Below are positions 19,387-27,724 of a stretch of 64,000 nucleotides of DNA, in pieces. A program made the translations under genes and the position numbers. The notes beneath the pieces were generated by a model. That model had not been told where the DNA came from. It did not search any database and saw only the letters and a program-made list of their open reading frames with translations. The number at the start of each line of letters is the position of its first letter. The stretch's first letter is position 1. The DNA is from Ignavibacteria bacterium (lineage in GTDB: Bacteria; Bacteroidota; Ignavibacteria; Kapaibacteriales; Kapaibacteriaceae), in NCBI GenBank assembly GCA_015709655.1, contig CP054181.1, forward strand, positions 1,172,207 through 1,236,206, written 5' to 3'.

Positions 19387-20466
19387 CTATCCAATATGGC
19401 GTCTGCGCAGTACATCAACAATTTCGCGAACCTGGTTGGTTTGGCCGCGTGGACATATCATGAGTGCTTCTTCTGTATCAACAACAACCAGGTTTTCAAC
19501 TCCTACAACACCAACAATCTTTCCACCAAGTGCACTGATAAGCGAATTGCCGGTATTAAGTGCGATTACATTGCCTTCGAGAACATTATTCTTCCCATCC
19601 TTCATTACAAGTCGGTACACTTCGTCCCACGTACCCACATCACTCCAGCCAAAAGCCCCATCCACAACCAGAATATTCTCAGCCTTTTCCATAACACCAA
19701 CGTCAAAAGAGATACTTCGGATTTGCCGGAAGATTGTCTCGAGAGCAGCATGATACGTTTCTTTATTAATGTGCCGTTCCAGAGACGCAAACAACGGTGC
19801 ATGGTCGGGCAGAAAGGTCGCAATTGCCCTGAGCAGCACGTCGATCCGGGCAACGAAAATTCCCGAGTTCCACACAAAGTCACCGGCATTCAGGAAGCGC
19901 AATGCTGTCTCGGGGTCTGGTTTTTCGGCAAACGTATGAACGTAGTATACCTTATCCCCAGCCTGACCGTTGGCAGTATACGGGTTACCTACCTGAATAT
20001 AGCCGTAGTTTGTTTCAGGTCTGGTTGGAAGCACACCAATCGTAACAATCATTTCGGATGTTCTCGCCGCATGGCATGCCTGATTCAATACTGCCTGAAA
20101 TTCATGGCTGTTCTGAATCAGATGGTCACTGGGAAGAAACGCAAGAACAGTATCGGGAGAGTAAACGAATTTTAACAGGGTACTTGTAAGAGCAATACTT
20201 GGCCCCGTATTTCTGCCAAACGGCTCGCAAACGATTTGGCCTTCGGGCAACTCGGGCAATTGCTCCCGGACCAGTCCTTCGAACTGCTGCGTGGTTACAA
20301 CCCATGTCTGCTCCGCCGGTATTAATGGCGAAATGCGCTGCACGGTATTCTGAATCATCGTTCCATTGCCTAAAACATGCTGAAACTGTTTCGGCATTTT
20401 ATCGGTGCCACGTGGCCACAAACCCGGACCACGGCCGCCGGCAAGTATTACTGCAACATTTTTCAT
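19387..20466 (-). CDS. manC: mannose-1-phosphate guanylyltransferase (NTP-transferase family)
   Basis: N-terminal VILAGGRGPGLWP nucleotidyltransferase motif over a 359-aa length typical of GMP/ManC-type enzymes. Confidence 0.75.
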   Translation of the reverse strand: MKNVAVILAGGRGPGLWPRGTDKMPKQFQHVLGNGTMIQNTVQRISPLIPAEQTWVVTTQQFEGLVREQLPELPEGQIVCEPFGRNTGPSIALTSTLLKFVYSPDTVLAFLPSDHLIQNSHEFQAVLNQACHAARTSEMIVTIGVLPTRPETNYGYIQVGNPYTANGQAGDKVYYVHTFAEKPDPETALRFLNAGDFVWNSGIFVARIDVLLRAIATFLPDHAPLFASLERHINKETYHAALETIFRQIRSISFDVGVMEKAENILVVDGAFGWSDVGTWDEVYRLVMKDGKNNVLEGNVIALNTGNSLISALGGKIVGVVGVENLVVVDTEEALMICPRGQTNQVREIVDVLRRRHIG

Positions 20467-20550
20467 GATTGCAAACTACATATCTGCGTCATCGATTCGT
20501 CTTCGTATCTTTGATGTCTTATTTTTTGCAAACGTTATACTGTCAACGCA

Positions 20551-21360
20551 ATGCACCGAACAAACGCTTTTTTTAGCTACGTGGTAATATTCCTCCTTGG
20601 CGCTATTGCAGTAAGCGCTGCGCCACAAGACGACAGGCTGGATGAGCTGGATTTTGAAGAGGCACCGGTCAAGGAAGAGGTTGCCCCGTACTTTGCCATT
20701 GGAGTGGGCACAACACCAACCTTCGGCTTTCAGAATTTGGATGACATTAATGTTCGGGCTTCCGAGCTTGGACTGGGCAACCTTTCTAATACGATGACGT
20801 TTTGGGGTGGCGAAGTGTTTGGCTCGATCGGAGCCATCGTATCTGTACCTAATCTCCGCGCCGGTTTTTCCTGGCTGGGCTCCGTGGCTTCGACCAGTGC
20901 TGACGTTACCCCGCCATCCGGTATAGTCGACAATGGCAGTATCAAACGAACAATGGAATACCAGATCAACACAAGTACAATTCATTTGGACTACGTAATT
21001 CCTGTTACAACGGGTTTGGTTATTGCACCCGGAACCGGCTTTGGGTTTGGCTCTCAGGTACTGACCACGTACCAGGGAGCTGATAAGCGTTCGTGGACGG
21101 ATTACAGTACGGTAACACCATTACCTGACATGATTTCTGAACTTAACCGCTCGGTTTACTCAGTCCCATTCCGGTTAAACATCGAGTACACCCTAACACC
21201 GTTTATTCTGGTTCGTGCAGCCGGTATGTACAGGTATCAGGCTATTGGCGATGATTGGCAAGGTAACAGAACTTCTACTGTAACAGATGTACCATCCGGA
21301 ATTAATATTTCCGGCTTCAACGCACAAGTCGGGATATTTGTTGGATTGTTTAATAACTAA
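20551..21360 (+). CDS. secreted hypothetical protein, probable outer-membrane beta-barrel
   Basis: Signal peptide MHRTNAFFSYVVIFLLGAIAVSAA. Alternating amphipathic strands. Terminal ...GIFVGLFNN. Confidence 0.45.
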   Translation: MHRTNAFFSYVVIFLLGAIAVSAAPQDDRLDELDFEEAPVKEEVAPYFAIGVGTTPTFGFQNLDDINVRASELGLGNLSNTMTFWGGEVFGSIGAIVSVPNLRAGFSWLGSVASTSADVTPPSGIVDNGSIKRTMEYQINTSTIHLDYVIPVTTGLVIAPGTGFGFGSQVLTTYQGADKRSWTDYSTVTPLPDMISELNRSVYSVPFRLNIEYTLTPFILVRAAGMYRYQAIGDDWQGNRTSTVTDVPSGINISGFNAQVGIFVGLFNN

Positions 21361-21368
21361 CATGTTCG

Positions 21369-21442
21369 GGGCCTGTAGCTCAATTGGTTAGAGCGCCGGA
21401 CTCATAATCCGTCGGTTGCAGGTTCAAGTCCTGCCAGGCCCA
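21369..21442 (+). tRNA. tRNA-Met (anticodon CAT; could alternatively be a lysidine-modified tRNA-Ile2)
   Basis: Cloverleaf read by eye. Acceptor GGGCCTG/CAGGCCC with discriminator A. D-arm AGCTCAATTGGTTAGAGC. Anticodon loop CTCATAA. T-arm GGTTCAAGTCC. Confidence 0.85.
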
Positions 21443-21736
21443 CAACAATGGTATAGCTCTCAATGCAGGCTTCTCCAATTCCTGCATCTGCGTAGTCCGG
21501 CTGGCCAGCTATACCAGGCACACCTTTACGTTCTGATTTCAATTCTTCTGCCATAAACCCAAGCCCCTTCCCAATACCATGAACAGGCATGGCACAAAAA
21601 GTGCATGGGGGGTATGGAGAAAACAGCACAACAGAAACACAGACTGCAATTAAACATACTGTGATGAAATGTATGCTGTATTTTTCAGTAAGAGTTGCCG
21701 GATGGTAACTGAGTACCTGGCAGCCAACACGTAATT

Positions 21737-22555
21737 ATGCCACCTTACGTCTGCAAATCCGTGAGATTTTTAATTGTAGTCTGCGCCCTGCTCCCTGCTC
21801 TTACCGGTAATCTTAATTCCGACGAGAAAACCAGTCCGGCATTACGGTACACTCCGAATAATGCATTTGGCTTAGGAGAGAGGTTAACCTACGACGTAGG
21901 ATACAAGTTTATTTCGGCTGGCACTGCTGTTTTTGATATCGCCGACAAGGTGGAATACGTCCAGGGGCGCCCGTGCTACAAGATATCATTCCAGGTGGCG
22001 AGTCATAAAAGCCTGGATTTTCTGTATAAGGTCCGAGACACCTACCGGTCATACGTGGATGTTGACGGTATTTTCCCCTGGAAGTTTACCCAGCAAATTC
22101 GGGAACGTAATTACAGTAAAGATTACTCGGCTGAATTTGACCAGTATTCCAGGAAGGCGAAAACATCGGATGGGACGTTTGACACTCCGGAGTTTGTACA
22201 CGATGTTGTATCGGCATTCTACTATGTTCGAACTTTCGACCTCAAAAATTCTCACAAAGGGGACATCATTAAACTGCACAATTTCGTTAGCGGGAAAACG
22301 CACCCGCTGGATGTTCACGTATTAGGCAGAGAGCGTATTGAAGTCACTGCCGGTGTGTTTGACTGTGTTGTGGTTGAGCCGAAAATTGCTGCAGGCAGTC
22401 CGTTTGGTTTTAAGGGGCGACTTGTTCTGTGGCTTTCAGACGATGAACGCAAGATCCCCATCAAGGTGCGCACCCAGATTCCGATTGGTTCAATTGATAC
22501 GGAATTAAAATATTACGAAGGTACGCGCGGTGCAATTACCGCCAAGGTTCGGTAA
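21737..22555 (+). CDS. DUF3108-domain protein (secreted)
   Basis: 272 aa with a signal peptide. The sequence pattern (YKFISAGTAVFDI..., WKFTQQIRERNYSKDY...) is typical of DUF3108 proteins that pair with LolA-like genes. Confidence 0.5.
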   Translation: MPPYVCKSVRFLIVVCALLPALTGNLNSDEKTSPALRYTPNNAFGLGERLTYDVGYKFISAGTAVFDIADKVEYVQGRPCYKISFQVASHKSLDFLYKVRDTYRSYVDVDGIFPWKFTQQIRERNYSKDYSAEFDQYSRKAKTSDGTFDTPEFVHDVVSAFYYVRTFDLKNSHKGDIIKLHNFVSGKTHPLDVHVLGRERIEVTAGVFDCVVVEPKIAAGSPFGFKGRLVLWLSDDERKIPIKVRTQIPIGSIDTELKYYEGTRGAITAKVR

Positions 22556-22556
22556 C

Positions 22557-23195
22557 ATGGAGAACACGTTGCTTCTTCATCGTCACACTGGGTTCCGGCA
22601 CGCCATATCTGCAGGTATCATTGTGGGATTGCTACTGGCTGTGGTCCCTGTACTCTCTGCAAACACAAATACTAAACTTTTAAAGCAGTTTAGAAATACA
22701 TACGGTGGAATAACTTCAGCAGAAATTTCATTTTCGAGCGGAGTTGCATCAGGGACGATTACTGCCGTCAAAGGTAAGGGTTACAGAATTACCCTTCCTG
22801 ACCAGGAATTCATCAGCGATAATTCAACTGTATGGCAGATAAACAAGAGAACCAAGACGGTTGTTATAAACGCAGTCTCTTCCGCAGGTCAGACGGCATC
22901 GCTGGATCAGATGTTCTTTGTCCTGATGAACATTTATGTTCCGTCTGTTGTAAGCTCCGTACCTGGGAAGGCATGTATCCGACTAACGCCTCCACATCAG
23001 TCTGCTGCCATTGCCGGCGTTGAGTATGCCAATGTGTATCTGAACAAGAAGAATGGCATCACCAGGATCGTGGTTTCTGATGGACAGCACGAAACAGAGT
23101 GGACCATCCGCTCGATAAAAACCAGGGTTCAGGTGAAACCGTCAGCCTTTACGTTTACTGCGCCAAAGGGCTGGCAGGTTATTGATTTACGATAA
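22557..23195 (+). CDS. LolA-like outer-membrane lipoprotein carrier family protein
   Basis: ~210 aa from MENTLLL with a signal/anchor helix and a LolA-like beta-sheet pattern. It overlaps the DUF3108 gene stop, which suggests an operon. Confidence 0.45.
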   Translation: MENTLLLHRHTGFRHAISAGIIVGLLLAVVPVLSANTNTKLLKQFRNTYGGITSAEISFSSGVASGTITAVKGKGYRITLPDQEFISDNSTVWQINKRTKTVVINAVSSAGQTASLDQMFFVLMNIYVPSVVSSVPGKACIRLTPPHQSAAIAGVEYANVYLNKKNGITRIVVSDGQHETEWTIRSIKTRVQVKPSAFTFTAPKGWQVIDLR

Positions 23196-23390
23196 TGCCG
23201 GGACTTTGTCCGATGAAAGGGGGCTTGAACCCTGTCCGTAAACGTATTGGCTATCGGATGCTGATCACTGATTGTTTGCGAACTTCGGGATGACAACTAC
23301 GGGAGGGGCTGGTGACCTTCTACCTGTTGTTTGCCGGATTCATTCTACCGGCATATAGGACTCACGAGCTTGGAGCACTTTGATAGAAAG

Positions 23391-23423
23391 AAAGGGGCCG
23401 TAGCCCCTTTCTCTGCTTTTTTA
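23391..23423. terminator. bidirectional intrinsic terminator (GC-rich hairpin + T-run) between the convergent LolA-like and T9SS genes
   Basis: AAAGGGGC-cgta-GCCCCTTT hairpin followed by a TTTTTT run on + and a U-rich stretch on -. It lies between the + gene ending at 23195 and the - gene ending at 23440. Confidence 0.65.
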
Positions 23424-23439
23424 AATATAATGCCTATCG

Positions 23440-26400
23440 TTATCGGATAACAACAACCCGACGTGATAGTGTTACCCCATTGCCGCTTAAAATCAGCGAG
23501 TACGTACCGGCCGGGATATTATATTTCTCAAGGTTCACAACCAACTGGTTGTTACCTGCATGAGCCGTTCCATTGTGCAGCGTAGCAACTGTCTGACCCA
23601 TTGTATTGACCAGGTGCACGTACACGGTTTGCTCGGTTTTAACAGCGTAGTTGATGTTCAGGTTGCCGCTGGTTGGGTTCGGAGCAGGCTCAGAAAGCGA
23701 GTACCCAGCAACAAAAGCGTCACCTTCGTCAACTCCAACGGTTACTGAAAGCCGTGCGGTAATCGTCTGTACTTCGCCGCAATCGTTAGTTACGATACAG
23801 TAGTAGCCACCCTGATCGTTGCCTGTTGCTGAGTCGATCACGTATGCGGATTCTGTGGCGCCAACAATCAGCGAGTCATCTTTATACCACTGGTACCGCA
23901 CGGTGTCGGAGCCGGTTGCCGTAACACTGATGGTTATCGAATCACCATCATAAATGGCGGCATCGCGGGGTTCTTCTACAATCTCAACCGGTGACTTAAC
24001 AACCACGTTAACGAATTCCGTTGTATCAACGCCGCAATCATTGGAAATAACCACAGCATACACGCCGGTAGCCGATGCCCGAGCCCCTTCCATGATATAT
24101 TCAGGACCCGTAGCACCCGGAATTCTGGTACTGTCCTTGAGCCATTGATACTTAAGGTTAACACCTGAGCTGTGAACAATGATATTGAGCACTTCTCCTT
24201 CACACAAGGTATCGCCAATCGGTTGAATAGTAATCGTAGGCTTTGTTGAAAACGGAATGTCAACTTCGTTCGACTTGATTTCAACACCAATATCGTTAAA
24301 TGAAATCACGCAGGTGTACTTACCGGCATCCTCCTGTGTAACACCTGTAATCCGAAGCGCCTTGCTGGTTGCACCGGTAACGCCGGGCGTACCCGGAATA
24401 TCAATCAGCGGAAGGGTCCCGCGGAACCACTGATATGACTTTGACGTACCCGGAATGTCTTCCGGCTGAATAAGAACTTCCAGGTTAACAACTCCGCCTT
24501 CGCAAGCCAGCAGCGTGGAAGTTGATGCATAAACCATTGGTGCAAAGAGCCGGGCTGCCTTAGACGTAGCGTTTCCGCAATATGCTATCACATAGCATAC
24601 ATACGTATTGGCTGTATCGGAAGGCTGCAGATTAGTGATCGTAAGTTTCGAAGACCGTGAACCTGTGATACGTGAATTGTCAACAACATTAGTATCTACG
24701 TATCCGTTGATTGATTTGTCCCAATACCTTTTCTTCCACTGATACGAGGGAACCGGATCACTGATAGAACCAACGGCTTCGGCCTCGATTTCCAGAACCA
24801 CGGTGCTTCCCATAGCAACCGGCTGGCTTTGCGGATGCTTTACAATTGATGTTGGTCGCACAACCATGACAACGGCAGGCTCTGATTCGGCATACCGAGT
24901 ATTCGTCCCATCGGTAACCTGTACCCTACAGGAGTACACGCCCGCGGCAGTGTAACCAACGCTGTTAATAATCAGCTTGTTTGATGTCTGATTGGGAAGC
25001 AGCTTGCCATCCTTATACCACTGATAGGTTACAGTAGCAGCGCCACCGGTAACACTGGAAACGCAAACAAGCGTTACGGCTTCACCAAGGCAGGCAAATC
25101 TGCTTTGCGGTGATTCCAGGATGTCAACGCGGGGATATAACTCGTCGGCACCTTTATACGGCTTTTGGCGGACCTCGTCATCGATATCCTTGGGGACGGT
25201 TGGGGTAACGGCAGACGATCCGAACAGCTCGGACTGTATGTTTTTCAGGTGAAGATCGGCCTCACCTGCAAAGCTTACAGTAACCGACGTTGAACTCTGG
25301 TCTGCACCGGTTGAGGTTTTCCATGAAGCAAGCGGGTCACCGGTACCATTGCGTTCAATCGCTACCTGGTTAAATCCAATTGTGTCACCTTTAACCATGT
25401 AGTTGTTAAAGTCCATAGCATGGATAAAGCCGTTAGTGCTGAGGTCATTCAGATAAATCGCGTAACCACCACCATTAACCGAATCGGTATTGTCAAAGAT
25501 GTTGTTGATAATATCAAGCAGTCCTTCGCCAACAAAATAGGCGGCTACAGAACTGCCACCACCGGCAGTTCCTGCGGTACGGATTGTGTTATGCAGTACT
25601 CTGGTGGCAGCGTTGACGGCGTTTGCTTCACACCGGAGCCCCGTAGTACGGAGAGTTGAGCTAACGAGTACCATATTATTTGAAACAAGCAACCCTTGTG
25701 GTCCCTGTGACGCACCGTCATTCGATTGCGCTTCGATCCCGGTTGCTGCGTTGTTCTCTCCCTTGGCAGAGCCCTGAACAAGGTTTGCATTCACTGTTCC
25801 TGCACCAAAGGCCCCTAATCCGAAGAAATATGGTGCACCGGACAGTCCAAGGACCTTGTTTTTCTGAATCAGCAGGTTGTCAGACTCTACTATGATACCA
25901 CTCAGATACGTTTTGTCAACAGTGTTCCCAGTAACGCTGCTCACCTCCGGCGAACTTGCGCTAACAGCTATGCCCAATGGCATCGAGAGCACCTGGTTGT
26001 TATGCACGGTAAAGGGTCCAACGCCATCAAGAACAACCGAAAACACCGGATCCACCATATCTAAAGCATTTGTTGGGCCTACAAATACACAGTTTGTGAT
26101 GGTAACCTTTCCTGCTTGTTCAGCATTAATATGACCGCCCCATTGCTGATTTCCGGCAAGTTTGCACATTAAACCGTCAAAGACAACACTGGCGCCTTCA
26201 AGTAGTGTGATTTCAGCTTTATTCGCTTCATAGCCACCATAGTTATCATCAGGATACCGCTGCGGTGTCCACGAAATGATGGGAGTATTGTTAGCAACTG
26301 CTTTAAACGTAACAGTACCGGTGGCAGATGAGTTATTAAGCTCCGGGATAATAATTTGTTCGTTATACGTACCGTTGTACACATACACTGTAATATCTCC

Positions 26401-27498
26401 GGAGATACCGCCAACACTGAGCAGATTGATGCAGTCGCGGAAGCTGGTAAAGATGCCGATATTACCGGTTGGTGCTACGTACAGCGATCCCGATGTGCGA
26501 GGCGCCATGTATGTAACCAGCTTGTCGTTGCCGGGATTCTCGTCATCCTCACTATTGGGGTTAACAGACCATACTTCAATTTTATTATACGATCCGTTAG
26601 AAAAATTCACCGTTCCAAGATTGATCGATACTTCTTCACCTGGCTGAATTGCGGGGTCTGCAAAATACCTTGCACCAGTCCTTGTTGCTCCGTTCACCTT
26701 CCATGCAACTTCTACCGAATCAATGGCGTCGGTACCGGTGTTCCGCAGAACGGCCGTTACCATTTGATTTGTGTTGGGGTTAAACTTACCCGATGGCGCC
26801 GACAAGCTCACGATGGCTGCGTCAACCGCTTCGGGTGCACCAAAGGTATAGGCAAGCCCCGATGATGGAGCCCATCCCTGAAGGGCTATGGACTCTCCGG
26901 CATTAAGCCGCGGATTCAACCATGTGCTGAGTTCATTACGTGCCGTAAGAATTAACGGTTGTGAGTTCTGCATTACAGCACCGATCAGCGCGCCTACAGC
27001 ACCTGTAACAGTCATCGTTCCGTACACCACCTGTGCCTTACCGGTTGCTTCGTTCAGCCGAATCTGGAAATTGTACGAGTCAGATGTGGATCCTGCCGGT
27101 GCCCTGGTAACATTGCTCCACTGGATTACATAAATCCTGTTCGGGCTGTCCCCCAGCGTTTGAACGCGCAGTTCACTCAGGGTTGTTCCATCCAGCGAGC
27201 GTGCCCATGCCTTAATAGCGGTTGTCCCCGCAGAACCGAACTGAACCTCGCCGTTGCCGAAAATGGTGACATCCGTGTACGATTCACCGTTAAACCCAAA
27301 AGTAAACGGCAGAGTCTGGGTACTCGAGTAACCGCTGATACCACTTCCTGACGCAAGCTGCGTCCCGGCAACAATTTCAGAATAGGTTACCGACTCAACG
27401 TTGTATGATAGATCAGTTGCCGTCTGCCCTGCAAAAACAAGCGGTACAGCCGATAACAGAACAACCAACAACAATAGCAAGGTATGATGTTTCTTCAT
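23440..27498 (-). CDS. giant secreted T9SS cargo protein: right-handed beta-helix (pectate-lyase-like) region plus multiple Ig-like domains and a T9SS C-terminal sorting domain
   Basis: 1352 aa with signal peptide MKKHHTLLLLLVVLLSAVPLVFA. At least five Ig-like repeats carry YQW(Y/F/L)K(D/R)... cores. The N-terminal half has Gly/Asn-rich parallel beta-helix-like sequence. The C-terminal ...GTYSLILSGNGVTLSRRVVVIR resembles Por_Secre_tail. Confidence 0.7.
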   Translation of the reverse strand: MKKHHTLLLLLVVLLSAVPLVFAGQTATDLSYNVESVTYSEIVAGTQLASGSGISGYSSTQTLPFTFGFNGESYTDVTIFGNGEVQFGSAGTTAIKAWARSLDGTTLSELRVQTLGDSPNRIYVIQWSNVTRAPAGSTSDSYNFQIRLNEATGKAQVVYGTMTVTGAVGALIGAVMQNSQPLILTARNELSTWLNPRLNAGESIALQGWAPSSGLAYTFGAPEAVDAAIVSLSAPSGKFNPNTNQMVTAVLRNTGTDAIDSVEVAWKVNGATRTGARYFADPAIQPGEEVSINLGTVNFSNGSYNKIEVWSVNPNSEDDENPGNDKLVTYMAPRTSGSLYVAPTGNIGIFTSFRDCINLLSVGGISGDITVYVYNGTYNEQIIIPELNNSSATGTVTFKAVANNTPIISWTPQRYPDDNYGGYEANKAEITLLEGASVVFDGLMCKLAGNQQWGGHINAEQAGKVTITNCVFVGPTNALDMVDPVFSVVLDGVGPFTVHNNQVLSMPLGIAVSASSPEVSSVTGNTVDKTYLSGIIVESDNLLIQKNKVLGLSGAPYFFGLGAFGAGTVNANLVQGSAKGENNAATGIEAQSNDGASQGPQGLLVSNNMVLVSSTLRTTGLRCEANAVNAATRVLHNTIRTAGTAGGGSSVAAYFVGEGLLDIINNIFDNTDSVNGGGYAIYLNDLSTNGFIHAMDFNNYMVKGDTIGFNQVAIERNGTGDPLASWKTSTGADQSSTSVTVSFAGEADLHLKNIQSELFGSSAVTPTVPKDIDDEVRQKPYKGADELYPRVDILESPQSRFACLGEAVTLVCVSSVTGGAATVTYQWYKDGKLLPNQTSNKLIINSVGYTAAGVYSCRVQVTDGTNTRYAESEPAVVMVVRPTSIVKHPQSQPVAMGSTVVLEIEAEAVGSISDPVPSYQWKKRYWDKSINGYVDTNVVDNSRITGSRSSKLTITNLQPSDTANTYVCYVIAYCGNATSKAARLFAPMVYASTSTLLACEGGVVNLEVLIQPEDIPGTSKSYQWFRGTLPLIDIPGTPGVTGATSKALRITGVTQEDAGKYTCVISFNDIGVEIKSNEVDIPFSTKPTITIQPIGDTLCEGEVLNIIVHSSGVNLKYQWLKDSTRIPGATGPEYIMEGARASATGVYAVVISNDCGVDTTEFVNVVVKSPVEIVEEPRDAAIYDGDSITISVTATGSDTVRYQWYKDDSLIVGATESAYVIDSATGNDQGGYYCIVTNDCGEVQTITARLSVTVGVDEGDAFVAGYSLSEPAPNPTSGNLNINYAVKTEQTVYVHLVNTMGQTVATLHNGTAHAGNNQLVVNLEKYNIPAGTYSLILSGNGVTLSRRVVVIR

Positions 27499-27724
27499 GG
27501 CAATTCCTCTATGATGACTTTCAGAGTTAGTTCGTGTTGTACACTTTTACGCTGCTCCATGTTCCATCGAATACCCGTACCGGGGACTGCCGATGGTAAA
27601 TGATCCATGAAGCCTTGGATATGCTCCGATCCGGAGCCAAGCCCACTTAGCAATAATTACACCAAATTCAGGATTCAACGTTGTATTGCAAGATGCTGAC
27701 CCTTCATAACTTATCCCCATCAAC

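Noticed and set aside
21402-21629. 75-aa minus-strand ORF overlapping the tRNA-Met gene
   Set aside because: It overlaps a tRNA, has no RBS or promoter context, and is almost certainly spurious.
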